A program made the translations under genes and the position numbers. Shown here piece by piece: positions 38,168-51,257 of a stretch of 64,000 nucleotides of DNA. The DNA comes from Azolla caroliniana (lineage: Eukaryota; Plantae; Polypodiophyta). The notes beneath the pieces were generated by a model. The model had not been told where the DNA came from. It ran no database searches and saw only the letters and a list, made by a program, of their open reading frames with translations. Positions within the stretch are counted from its first letter, which is position 1. Each line of letters begins with the position of its first letter. The stretch spans positions 8,308,001 to 8,372,000 of the forward strand of contig JBHGNT010000004.1 in NCBI GenBank assembly GCA_043228905.1. The letters run 5' to 3'.

Positions 38168-41100
38168 CACACACATAACTCACATCACTTCCGCTTCACA
38201 AGAATCCATCTCTTGATTCTTTACATGGTATCAGAGCGATTTGGTAGCTCGATCTAGCCCATTCGCCTCATCGTGATCGTGTGTTGTGCTCTACGTCGAT
38301 GACCAAGAACCGGCTCATAGCTATCGTAGCTTCGCTACATAGCTCGCATTCGAAGAGAGAAGAAGAAGAAGAAGAATCAACATAATGAATACTCAAATGG
38401 GGAGTGCTCTCCCTACCGAGAAGTTGGATCGAAACAACTTCGCATTTTGGGAGTACAAGATGCACCAATACCTTGTCGAACAAGGCTCTTGGAGCTACAT
38501 CAAAGGAGCGCATGAAGACCGACCCGCCGAAGCGGCTCCCGGATACGCGACATGGGAGCAAGCCGCAAGTCGCGTGATGTATTGTTTGGCGACATGTGTT
38601 CACGACCACATGCTCGGTTACATTCGAGAAGCCAAGACACCGAAGGAAACGTGGGAAAATCTACGAAAGAACAACATTCAACAAAGGGACATGTCCATCA
38701 CGACATACACCTTGAAGATCAAGGAGCTTTGCGACTCGCTCGGCTCAATAAGCGTAAGTATAGATGATGATGAGATGGTGCAAATATGCCTCGGCGGCCT
38801 CGCACCACGGTTCGGTGCGATGCGAACCGCCATTCTAGCACGGGAGAAATCTCCCTCCTTCTTCGAGCTCCAATCAATGCTATTGGTCGAAGAAAACCAC
38901 GTGCGTACAAGGAGCAATGGGTCGGAAGGCCACATGCTCTACACACACTCTAATGGAGGAAGAGGACGCGGATGAGCGAGAGGCCGATTCGGCCAAGGAC
39001 AAGGCGGACGAGGTCCGACCTACGGCAACAACTCCCAATTTCGTCCGCAAAACGGAGGCCAACGAGGAACCTTCACAAGAAGGGGGAGCTTCCACTCCGG
39101 CACGAGCCGTCAAAACGCAACCGAATGAGGATATTGCGGAAAGCTCGGCCACCACAAAGAAGAGTGCCGAAAGAAGATGCGTGAATCGGCTTCCACAAGC
39201 TGACAACTCACGAATTACGCACACAACTCCGACTACGAAGATCGTGGCGGAATGTATGCACACAACTCCGACCGTGGAGAAATGTACGGGCACAACTCCG
39301 ACTACGAAGATCGTGGCGGAATGTATGCGCACAACTCCGACCGTGGCGGAATGTTCATGATGAAACATAGAGCAAAGTCTATGTCGGCCGCTACCTCAAC
39401 TAGTGCCTCCGGTTCGGAAGACGTATGGTTCGTCGATTCCGGTGCCTCGAACCATATGACATCGCACCAAGAATGGTTCCGAGAACTTCGAGATCCGGAC
39501 CGACCTGCCTATGTTGAAACCGGAGATGACACTACGCACCCGATTCGGCACATTGGCAATGTTCCGTTCAGAAAAGAAGGTAAGCAAAATTACATTAAAA
39601 ATGTCTTGCATGTACCTACCATTACGAAGAATTTGGTCTCCGTCGGCCAAATTGTAGAGCAAGGGATGCAAGTTTGATTTAATCAAGGCGGTTGCTTCAT
39701 CGAAAAAGAGGGCCGACTCATCGCACGCAGACGAAGAGAGGGCCAGATGTTCATTCTCAATTCACGCAAGATGAAATCCGCCATGTTCGCGAAAAACACG
39801 AAAGCCGACTCCGACATAGAGCTATGGCACAAGCGAATCGGCCACATCAATCTCAACAAACTCAAAGCAATGAAATCAAAAGGAGTCGTCATCGGACTAC
39901 CGACATTCAAAGAGAAGGAGATTGAAGGTGTATGCGAAGCGTGCCAATTCGGCAAGCAACACCGACACCCATTCCCGAAAGAGCGGAACGTGAGCAAAGG
40001 TCTACTCGACGTAGTTCATTCCGACGTATGGGGCCCGGCGCAGACGGCTACATTCGGCGGATGCCGATATTACGTGCTCTTCATCGACAACTTCTCTAGG
40101 CACACTTGGATCTACCCGATGCGGCAAAAGAGCGAAGTCTTCGGACACTTCCAAATATTCAAGAATGAAGTCGAGAAAGCCACGGGCCTCCATCTACGAT
40201 GCCTTCGATCAGATGGCGGCAAGGAGTACTTCTCGGAATTTCACGGTGTATCTCCGAAAGGAAGGAATTCGGCGAGAAGTCACTTGCCGACACACTCCAC
40301 AACAAAACGGAGTAGCCGAGCGCAAAAATCGGCACATCCTTGAAGTAGCGCAGGCCATGATGAACGAGAAGCATATGCCCAAGTCATATTGGGCCGAAGT
40401 TGCAAATACGGCCGTCTACCTAATGAACCGGTGCACAACATCCGGCGTGCACGAGGTCACTCCGCACGAAAAATACATCGGAAAGAAGCCGGACTTATCG
40501 CACATCCGCATATTCGGAGCGATAGCGTATGTGCACATCCCCGACGAGAAGCGTCAAAAGCTTGACCCGAAGTCGGAGAAATGTATCCTCGTAGGATACT
40601 CATTGGAGAAAAAGGGGTACAAGTGCTACAACCCTTCAACTCGAAAATCTCGAGTAAGTCGAGACATCATCTTTGACAAGTCCGCATCCTGGTACGCACC
40701 AGAGACAACTCCGACTCCGACTCCGCTCGACCCGGAATCTGCCGACCAAGAGATCGAGGATGAAGATCGCCCTACTCACATGATTGAAGAAAGTCCGATC
40801 ACGACCCAACTGAGCGGACCACAAGAGCCTTTGAGCGATTAAAGCACATCATGGCCTAGCCCGAAGATGGACAAAGGCAAGGCGAAAATGGCAGAATATG
40901 AAGACGATCGCTTCGACGACGATGAATCGACTCACTCACTCGACGTGAGTGCGACGGCTTCGAGGTACCAATCGGAGCTAAGAAAGCCCTCATCTCTGCA
41001 AATGAAAAGCTCCGTCAATCCATTCGTGAAAAGAACCTCGTAAGCCGATTCGGCTACAACGATTATATGGCGTACCATTACGCCTTTATGATGAAAGTAG

Positions 41101-43405
41101 CGACAGTACGGGAGCCGGAAACCTTTTCGGAAGCCGTGAAGGACCCGCGATGGATCGAAGCAATGAATGAGGAGATGCAGGCACTATGGAAGAACGAGAC
41201 GTGGGATCTCGTTCCCACCTCACCACACAAAAAGGCGATTGCATGCAGATGGATCTACAAGGTGAAGTATAACGCCGATGGTTCCGTAAACCGCTACAAA
41301 GCTCGACTCGTAGCGAAAGGATACGCTCAGATGCATGGCGTCGACTACGAAGAGACCTTTGCCCCGGTGGCAAAGATGACGACGGTGCGGACCGTAATTG
41401 CGATTGCCGCGGCGAAAGGGTGGCACCTCCATCAAATGGACGTCAAGAACGCCTTTCTACAAGGCGAATTAGAAGAGGAGGTGTACATGATCCAACCACC
41501 CGGCTTCAACTCGAGCACCCATCCGAAAGTTGTTTGCCGACTCAAGAAGCCACTCTATGGCCTCAAGCAAGCACCGCGTGCTTGGCATTCGAAGATAACG
41601 CAATATCTTCATCAAATCGGCTTCCGTATGTCAAAATTAGACAACTCCCTCTAAATACAAAGCGATTCCACAAGTCTGATCGTCATCATTTTATATGTGG
41701 ATGACCTAGCCATTAGAGGTGAGCATCTTGTCGAAATCAATAAAGTCAAATCCCTCCTTTCCGACAAGTTCGCGATGACCAACATGAAGGAGCTCCACTA
41801 CTTCCTCGGCATCGAGGTAATTCGGACTTCGGCCAGAATCATGATCTCTCAACGGTACTACATCCTCAACTTGTTATACAAGTTCAGGATGGCTGAGTGC
41901 AAATACGCGGCAACCCCACTCGATCGCAATCTCAAACTAGATGCGAACTCCGGCACCAAAGCGTGTGAGCCGACTCAGTATCGGCAACTCATCGGGAGTC
42001 TCATCTACCTCACAATCACACGACCCGATCTCAGTTATCCGGTCGGTCTCCTTAGCCAATTCATGCAAACACCGCGTGATACTCACTTGGATTGCGCTAA
42101 GCGAGTTCTACGCTACGTGAGCGGCATAGTGGATTGCGGCATCCTCTACAAGACCGCGATGCCAATACGACTCGAGGGGTACACAGACGCCGATTGGGCC
42201 GGCTACAAAGCCGATAGAAGATCAACCTCTGGATTTGTTTTATCCCTCGGCAGCGGAGCAATATCCTGGAGTAGCAAGAAGCAGCCCATCGTCGCTCTTT
42301 CGAGTATGGAGGTGGAATACAGGGGCGCAGTCGTAGCTGCGTGTGAAGCCGTATGGCTCAAGAGGATTTTGAAGGATCTAGGAGTACCCATCAAGGATCC
42401 GACTTCCCTTTACTGCGAAAACATGAGTAGTATCTATCTGGCTCGGAACTCGATGTTCCACGCGCGGACAAAGCACATCGAAGTGTACTATCACTTCATC
42501 CGAGAGCGCGTTCTAGCTAGCGATATCGACCTACAACACATTAGCACCAATCTTCAAACGGCCGACATCTTCACTAAAGCCTTAGGAGCCGACAAGCTAT
42601 GGCAATTCATGACCGATCTCGGATTAACGATCCCTGACCTGCCAAGCTTGAGGGGGAGTACTGAAGACACTATGCAATAACGCGTGGATTCCACAACCAC
42701 GCAACGAAGAAGCGAAGAGCCAATCTACCGCGCAAAGCCGCGAAGAAAGATGCAAGCCGAAGCACAGACTTCGCAACTACGCACGCAAACCGAAGCACAG
42801 ACTTCGTAACTACGCACAACGCAAGCTAGAGCACGGATTCTGCAACTCCGCATAAAGCGAGCCAACGCGGACTCCGGAACGCGAGTTGAAGCGGATTTCG
42901 GATATCGTCTGAAATCGACCCGACTTGAGCTTGAGGGGGCGTGTTGAGAATCAAGCTCAATTTGGTCTAGTGTGTGAACTCACCTTGAGAGTGAAGAGAC
43001 ACTCCAACGGTCAAGAGTCACCATTATGTCACCACTTTGTATTCTAGCATTTAGTATGAGTCGTAGAATCATATTCTATGACACATAACTTATGAGCTTT
43101 CACATTCCCCATGCTCCATGAGCCTTGTAGTTAATGAAGAGAGAGGGTGACTACATAAAGCACCCTCCTCCCACCTTGTACAGCGTTGAGTCTTTCTCCT
43201 TTGTCAATATACTTTTACCTTGCGTATTCTCTGTGTTTCACTCTCTCTCTCTCTCTCTCTCTCTCTTACACACACACATAACTCACATCACTTCCGCTTC
43301 ACAAGAATCCATCTCTTGATTCTTTACACAACATATAGTCTAATGGTCAAGAGCTTGACCCATGTAACATAAGGTCATGGGTTTGAGTCTTGCCATATCA
43401 TGATA
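37440..43405 (-). mobile_element. Tcn1-like chromovirus 2: 5' LTR and leader (37440-37824 and 43334-43405), split by the Copia insertion
   Basis: Reverse complement aligns to LTR 22064-22507 on both sides of the Copia; PBS-like TTGAATCGATTT at 37466-37477. Confidence 0.82.
37825..43328 (+). mobile_element. Full-length Ty1/Copia element 3 with TSD CAACA; coding region disrupted
   Basis: LTRs 37825-38225 and 42942-43328; PBS TGGTATCAGAGC; PPT GAGGGGGCG; TSD 37820-37824 and 43329-43333; gag-PR-INT-RT-RH order. Confidence 0.97.
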
Positions 43406-44631
43406 GATGGTGGGTGGCTCTGGTGTCAAAGCACCATAATCTTTCCATTTCAATTTTGTTAGTTTGTACTTTTCACATGAATGCTTGTATGAAGGATGTG
43501 TCTTCTTCTTCATTAGATATTAATGCAAAATGTGCTTGGCCATTGAACTTTTTACCTTTGTTTCTTTAACCATATTGCTTGGTATGACTTTGAAACTTTT
43601 GAAATATTGTAATCGCGCTCATTGCCATTGATCCATCGTTGTGTTTTGCCTTGCCCTTAATTCTTGGAATCTCTTCTCTTTTCACTTTTAGGAACATATT
43701 CTTCATGTTTCAAGTGTTGTCATCATTTCCATGTATGGTGACAAAGGTGTCCCATGAATTTGGTAAAGCACCCAAAATTAAATCAAATGTCATATCTTCA
43801 TCAATTTTATTATCTGTCAATAGTGCTTGCTTGAGGGCTAACTGCCATTTCCTAATAAATGCATCAATTCCTTCACTTTCTTCCAGTTACAATGTGACAA
43901 GGTGTCTAATGGTGTTGATCTTTGTTGTTCTGTCTGAGGATTCGTGGGATTCCTTCAAGGCATCCCATATTTCTTTTGATGTTTCTAAATCTTTTACAGA
44001 ATCTATTTGTTCATTGGTTAGATCCATAACTAATTCCATGCGTGCATCTAAATCTTTTTTTTTCTATTCTATTGATTTTGGGATGGTTGTAGGCTTTGGT
44101 ATTATACCTTTCACAATGTTGATTATTTGTGCTCTTTCGAGGATTAGAGTCATCCTTAATTTCCACATTCTATAATTTTTGTCATTGAGTTTCTCCATGG
44201 TGTATTTTCGTGTCTTTGATGTTGTTTTGTTTGGTGGACTTCTGTTAGACTCCATCTTCGTAGATCTTCTGGATTGATCTTCTTGATGGTTGTTCCTTAA
44301 TTCCTATTGGAAGGCTCTAATACCATGTAGGAATTTAAAGTACTATCTAACAAAGGATAACAAGTTGATACATATGACTTAATATTATGAAGAAAGAAAG
44401 ATTACATTGTATTCATGGTAGATGTTACATTTAATAGGCAATAGAGATCATAAGGAAGTTTGTAATGGGAATGTTCATTGTGTTCAAAACTCACATGAAT
44501 ATAACTTTCTAACTAATAATTGTGTGAACAAAAGTCACGTTAATAGGTGGTTACGTTATTTTTATTTTCTTTATTTATGATATACTTGTGATTTATAATA
44601 ACGTCTTATTTCTAATATTAATATTCTAACA
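43406..44631 (-). mobile_element. Old Copia element X, 5' part (LTR 44326-44631, PBS, gag, start of protease)
   Basis: PBS TGGTATTAGAGC; EKLNDKNYRMWKLRM; LPNSWDTF; WCFDTRATHH at the chromovirus junction. Confidence 0.8.
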
Positions 44632-44647
44632 ATAAAGCCAATCTTAT

Positions 44648-47600
44648 CTACGCAACCAACTTCCCAACGACGATTCCGGCAAACACAATCGCGCCGAACC
44701 ACTGGTTGGAAACAAATCTTAAACAAAGGGACATCCAAAGTTAGGAAGAAGAAGTTAGTGCTCAAGACTACCATTATCCAATTCCTCTACAAACAAAATG
44801 AGAAGATACAGACATATAGACAAACTGAGAAGTTACTTACTTCGAGTTGCAATCAACAGGATTATTGATGTCAACAGTTGCTATTTGCCAATATAGATGG
44901 ATGGCCGCAGCCAAGGTGCTACAATAGAAAGGCCACCCTCCTATTTGATTGTAATTATCCACAATGAATTGATTAGTCTCAGCTCAATGAATATATTAGT
45001 GATTAACACGAATTCGATTGTTCCTCACTGTCACAAGATTCCGAAACATTCACTAAAGGGTTCATACCAATCCCAATGCTTAAAGGCAGAAAAAATACAA
45101 GGAGAAATTAGATGGATACCTAGGCCATTAATGTATCCTGCTAATAGGAGTGAACCAATGGTGATAGCAGCAAAACTTGTAAGCCATGATTGTGTCCCAT
45201 CTCCAAAATATAAAGCTGTGGATTTCACACCCACTTTGACATCATCACTCTTGTCCTGAATGATCATCATCATAACATTCCAAATAAAAAATGCTTCCCT
45301 ATCTATTCATACATCACAAGATTGAATGTAAATAAAAATAATCTTTATAGGAATAATCATATTAATAACATTCAAAAGGACCAACCTGATGCGCATAGAT
45401 TGTGTCGTATACTAAAGTCCAGCAAATACAAGCAAGGTAAAGTGGGGCAATCACAGGAATTTGGATGCTCCCTTTCAATGCAGCCCAGCCTAGTAGAGCA
45501 CCCCAATTTATTGTCAAACCTAGGAATGCTTGAGGCTACACCCACATACTTTGTCATAAGTTGTTGTAAGCTTTGCTTCATCGATATTATAGAAAACTAT
45601 GAGTATCTTGAACAATCTCCAATTCTTGGAGAAGGATAGCCATACATATTATACCAAAACATTTCCTTTCAATTAAGCCCCACATTTATGATATGTTTTG
45701 TACTCAGATGTAACACAAATAAACGAGACAAGCAACACATGATTTTACGTGGAAAACCCAGATTCTAGGGAAAAACCACGGTGAACAAAGATTTCCACTA
45801 TGAGACAGAGAAAAATACAATCATAGAATGATGGAACCTGATTGAGTATGAATGTACTCCCAGGTTGTTGTTTGAAATCACAGTTTCAGGTGAGGACTAT
45901 TTCCCTCTTTCGATGCTTTCAACGCTTCTTTATTCTGTCTCTCTTCTCTTCTCTATTTCACCCTTCTTCTCTAGCTTTCTCACACACTCAGGTGTAGAGG
46001 TATGTCTCTCTCACTCTCACTTTCACAACCACCACTATGTTAGCACACACTTCTGTTCTTCTTCGTTGCATCGTGTTTTCTCACTAGCGGGCTCACTACA
46101 AAATAAGTTCACTCTCATGCTTCTCTCACAGTTTTTACTCTCTGTAAGTTATCCCACATACATATGCAGCTAATACAACTATATCTATATATACTAACCT
46201 AACTCACACTTATATATATATATATATATATTCGTCCATTCGACCGAACTTCCATTCATTTTCGGCTTTTCGGCTAATTTCGGCCAGCTGACTCTCGTTT
46301 CAGCTTTTCGATCGATTTCGGCCAGCCGACTCTCGTTTCGGCTTTTCGGCTGATTTCAGCCAACCGACTCATTTCGGCTTCTCGGCCGATTTCGGCTTTT
46401 CAGTCAACTCCCCCATAAGGAGGGACAACCGTACATAACAGTTTACTTTAGAATTTATTCACCAAAACCTGTAGTCATGAAAGATCATCCAAATATCGTC
46501 TATTAACTACCATACCCAATAAGTGAATCGCTTAAAGAGAGGATAGGCTCCCACAAATAAGAGATTTGTTGCTCCCAAAATTTGACTGAAAAAAACACAA
46601 AGATGACATTTAGATCTCCAACTTGATCAAAATTAATTGGTAACACAAAAAAGAAGAACCGATATGATTCGTGTATGTTTTTTCACATCAAATAAATATA
46701 GAAATGATCTTGAAACTATTACTAAATATTCATGCATTCCTATCTATCTATCTCTCTTTTTTGGTGAAAACACACAATTATATTAATAAATGTGTGTGAA
46801 AAACACTACTTACAATTGATCATTTTTTGTTTTTTTGCATATGGGATTAGCTTTAAAGTGTCGTGAACTAACAATGGGTAATTGCTTCTTTTGCACTATT
46901 CAAATGGAAGATAGTACTCATTGATTTATACAATGTCCGATTGCTTTTCAGATTTGGAGTTACATTTCTCAAATTTGGCAAGTTTTACCACGGTGTTATT
47001 TGACACCTGATAATGGGTGTTTGCAGAATTTACACAGGTTGACCCAAAATCAGAGATGGAGATCATTTTTTTTGTATTTCTGAGATATTGGGGATTGCAT
47101 CATAATTGAAACATGTGCAACGTTTTGTATTCGATGGTAGACATGGAGTGTAAGCATATCTACAAAATTTGAAGGGAGTACTAATATGGTAATTTTCTAT
47201 TGGAGCAAGTGGAAATTCTTTACTCAGTAGAGCGTTCGTCTTGCCTATTGGCAATTCAACATGTTCCACTACCCATGTGGTGTAATTAGTAGGTAACCAT
47301 ACTCCATTCTCTCTCTCTATATATATATGTGTGTGTATTGTATATCGTTAATGTCTAAGTTATATAGTTGAATAGTTGCATGAAACCTACTAACCTGAAC
47401 TCATTGAATTGCAAAAGGATTCCTCGATGTAACAATAATTGAATGACAAGGAAGCATAGACCTTGGAATGGTGTAACAACCCCAGAAGCAATGGGTCGCG
47501 ATTTCGTTCTCTCCACCTACATACAATCGAGGAGCTGTGAAAATATAAGTCGATGATTAAAGTCTTCGGCCCTATATAATTTTGTTGATGAGCACAAAGG

Positions 47601-47778
47601 ATCCAAATCATAAACAAATTTGATGTCACCTGGCGATCATAATCTCGATCTAAGAGATCATTAATAGTACAAGCAGCACCTCGCAAAATGATAGAAGCCA
47701 CTCCAAACAATGCAAGGGCATAGAAGTCCGGAAGACTTCCATTTGGTGCAGCTAGTGCAATTGACCTGATATACATAC

Positions 47779-47812
<34 letters not shown>

Positions 47813-48677
47813 ATAAAGACCATGGATTGATTTTAAAGTTATTCGGAATCTTGTCCAAACCAAATCTAACGTTTCAGGAAGCATGTAATCATAGTTAGAA
47901 CCTTTTGGCTTTAGTTTGAGGTAGGTTTGGTGGTTTCCAAGTATGTAAATGAAAAGGATTGATTTATATAAAATTGATATGATGATTGATTGATTTTCAA
48001 GGGAAGTCTGTGATCTGTATAAAGGGAAGGATCATCAAAACAAATTCACATGCTTTTCATGTGTATATGATAATGGATCGGTTATCTATCTAATATACCC
48101 AAAATTCTGCCTTTTCTATAAATGGGAATAATTTGGCTGGAGTGATTCACAAAAGGAGGTGTCCAGTGAATGGTTTCTATACCCTGTGATGAATTGATCT
48201 AAAAGCGGATTGGTGTCTCATAATCATCGAGAAATTAAGTGATTTGGGGGAGGGGGGGAAGGAGGAGGAACCAAGAAACACAGTTTACCAGGCATAGGGC
48301 CAAGCAAAGAGCCAGGTGCCGATAGGTTTATCAAGCCGAGCCAACAGAGCGAAAGGCCGGATGGGCGCAGGAAGAAAAGTTTCGATCCACGAAGAAGAAG
48401 CAGAAGTTGGATGAGTAGGAGGAAGAATGGCGGGTGAGGAATCGCCTGCGGCACATGCTCGTGTGCGTCCCAAGGATGGACGGGGACTGGAACCGGGACC
48501 GGCACACATGCGGCCGAGATGGGGAAGGACGCGCGATGAAGAGGAGGAATGGAGGAGGAGGAGGAGGGAAGAGATGGAAGTATTTGGGGAGGATTTGGCG
48601 AGGATATTGCGAGGCGGAGGACGAGGAGGAAGAGTAGGTTTGAGGAAGTGAGGCATTATCATAATATTTGCAGCCAT
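44648..48677 (-). CDS. COQ2: 4-hydroxybenzoate polyprenyltransferase (UbiA family, COQ2/PPT1), 8 exons, ~390 aa
   Basis: Phase-consistent GT-AG exons 48677-48289, 47765-47630, 47516-47395, 46585-46516, 45535-45386, 45255-45120, 44940(or 44937)-44841, 44717-44648. Motifs [48 protein letters not shown]; S/P/R-rich N-terminal transit-like peptide. Confidence 0.93.
45699..46440 (-). mobile_element. Solo LTR in COQ2 intron 4
   Basis: TGT...ACA termini flanked by GTTT on both sides; GGTTTTCCACGTAAA motif shared with Copia LTR 56121-56135; ~38-bp internal repeats at 46259-46405. Confidence 0.7.
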
Positions 48678-48696
48678 GGAAGCTAACTTCAGGCAA

Positions 48697-48738
<42 letters not shown>
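48697..48738. repeat. (TAG)14 microsatellite ~20 bp upstream of the COQ2 ATG
   Basis: Read directly. Confidence 0.95.
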
Positions 48739-48739
<1 letters not shown>

Positions 48740-49068
48740 TATGGTTAGTAGTTATAGTTAGCACTCGCAGCAGCAGTAGTTAGTTGTAGTTAGTAGAAGG
48801 AGAAGAAGAAGAAGCAGAAGAAACGTGGACGGCTTGACTTAATGCTAAAATGCACAAGTCATTCCTGGAATAATAAATACATTTTATTGTTGTTGACATT
48901 GGGCCCAGTCCGCAGTACCAATAAACCTTTTTCCCCTTTTCTTTTAAGTTGTTAGACTTTCCCTTTGGGCTTAAAAGTTCTTAAAAAATTTCACGGTTCT
49001 TAAAAGTTGCTAGATTTCTTAGAATGTGCAATGTGTGGCAACCAAATACTAAACTACACCGTAAAACG

Positions 49069-49512
49069 TGTTTTGTATATATAATGGTCGAACAACCATG
49101 TGAACCGAACAATGATTGATCACAACACCGATTACAGTTATGTGATTGATTTTACAAAATACATAAACGTGATTTGGAGGAAATGGAAGTAGAGATGTGA
49201 AAGGAACTTTAACTGATGGATACTAAAGGATCTTATTGTTTTTTACTAACAAGAATTCTTGACCAGTTCATATATATCTTTAACCTCGCACAGGATCAAC
49301 ACTTTGTTGCTCCTTTGGCATCTGTAAAGAGTGAAAAGAGAAACAATTTCCTAGATTCAACTTCCTAAGCTCTAGAATTTGTTGTATAAAGTTTCTACTT
49401 CTGGGCTTGTTTTGTATATATAATGGTCGAACAACCATGTGAACTGAACAATGACTGATCACAACACCGATTACAGTTATGTGATTGGTTTTACAAAATA
49501 CATAAACATGAT
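49069..49512. repeat. 105-bp direct repeat pair (49069-49173, 49408-49512) upstream of COQ2
   Basis: About 4 mismatches by eye. Confidence 0.9.
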
Positions 49513-50051
49513 CACAATTATGCCCAACATAGACCTAGAGATCTAATCATAATTGGGTCTCAAACCAACATCAATAAGTTGAGAAGAAAAGAGCATGAAT
49601 TGACTCACAAGTCTTTGATTCATATTCCATCATCCCATATTATGGTTATGTGGCATATAGATTTTGTGTTTAAACAATGACTAATAATGTAATCTCAAAT
49701 CATGATTATGCGCCATTTTATAGATTTTTTTACCACTAATCATTCATAGGTTAGTGATATTGATTACTTGTAGTGCAATGTTAATTCTTGAGCTACTTTC
49801 AATTTTCTAAAATTTTCATATAGGGTGAGGTCACTTTTTTTTAATGTTCAATATTTTTTTTCTTTGTTAGCTAACTCATGAGGGAAATCGCAAGTACCAT
49901 TTCTAGAGGGCCGACTCCACAAACTCCATAGAATGTACTCTATCTATGTTGCTACCTCATCTCGTGCTAAATTGTTTTTTGGTATGTGGTAAAATATAAA
50001 TTTAACATGTTTCGGTTGTACGAAAGTGGTCGGGTAAAATTTTTCATTTCC

Positions 50052-51257
50052 GGTTAGGATCATAAGCAGCAGGAAAAATTCCGGTAGGGGTTAAAAACTT
50101 TGCCCAACACTGTACACCACCTCTGTCACTTATTCATAGAATCACAAACCTCCTTCATATTTTAATTCCCTCTTTCCCCCGTTTTTCCCTATGTGTATGT
50201 GTCCTGCTCCTTGCTCACTAATTATGCGACATCTCCTGCTCACTGCTTTAAGGTAAGCATTTTGCCTATTTTTCTATTTGAAGAAGATGGTTAATCTAAC
50301 TAAACTCAAATTAAATTAAAGCACCACCAAAAAGAAAATGGGACCGACTCAATCTTTTGCTAAATCTTTTTCGCTTTTCCCTATTTTTCTCGTTTTCAAG
50401 GGCTCTTGAAGCTTTGGCTTTTGGGTATTCCCCATGGGCACTCCAATTTTGTGCGACAACTCCCCCAACCCCTTCCTTTTTTTTAAACTTTGTTGATTGA
50501 CACTTTGCTGTCGTGGCCCCACTTCAAGGCGTAATCACGTCGTCATGGTCGTTGAGAGAGACACATGAGATAAAAGCTGACATATTTGTTGAGGAAGACC
50601 GAATGGGCACCACCCCAAGGAGATATATCATGAGTTCAATAGATACACGAGAACAAACCTTTTGCTTTGGTACCGTAAAACCATTTTGACAAAATGTACC
50701 TTATTGGGAATATAGACATGTCACATGACCAAACTTGTTATGTGTATCTCCTTTTCATTTTCCATTTGGTCATGTTAATTCTCATTCTTCGAATAAGCTA
50801 TAAACGCATGTTTTGATCTTAGTGGCCACAAGAGTCTCCTTGTGAACTCTAATGCATTTCTTCTTCCATTCATATTCCCAACTAGCCTATCTACCATTCT
50901 CATGAATAATGTCGTTCTTGAGGTTATTTAACTTTTAACCTTGTACCATTTTCATGATTGGTGCCTTGGTTTATGTCACATCCTTTCATGTGTTTCAGAA
51001 GTTAATGCTTGTCAAGTACCAAACTTAAGCCTTGTCTAAGTTCTGCAATCAAATAATACACAAAATATGGTAAATGTGGGAATATTGGCAAAAATAGATT
51101 CAAGTATTCAACTTTTGATGATTGTCAAGTAGTCTTACGTAATCATGAACAAAGTCAAGCTTTAGACAAAATTAAGTTTTGATAGTTTGTCATATGCAAT
51201 GTTGGGCAAAGTCTCTAGCCCCTATTGGAAATTTTCCTGATTCTTATGATCCTAACC
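50052..51257. mobile_element. Non-autonomous TIR element (~1.2 kb, ~60-bp TIRs)
   Basis: GGTTAGGATCATAAG...TTTGCCCAACA (50052-50109) is the imperfect reverse complement of 51200-51257. Confidence 0.85.

Noticed and set aside
48678-48764. Poly-Tyr N-terminal extension of COQ2
   Set aside because: Translation of the (TAG)n microsatellite from a non-ATG start; first ATG is 48677.
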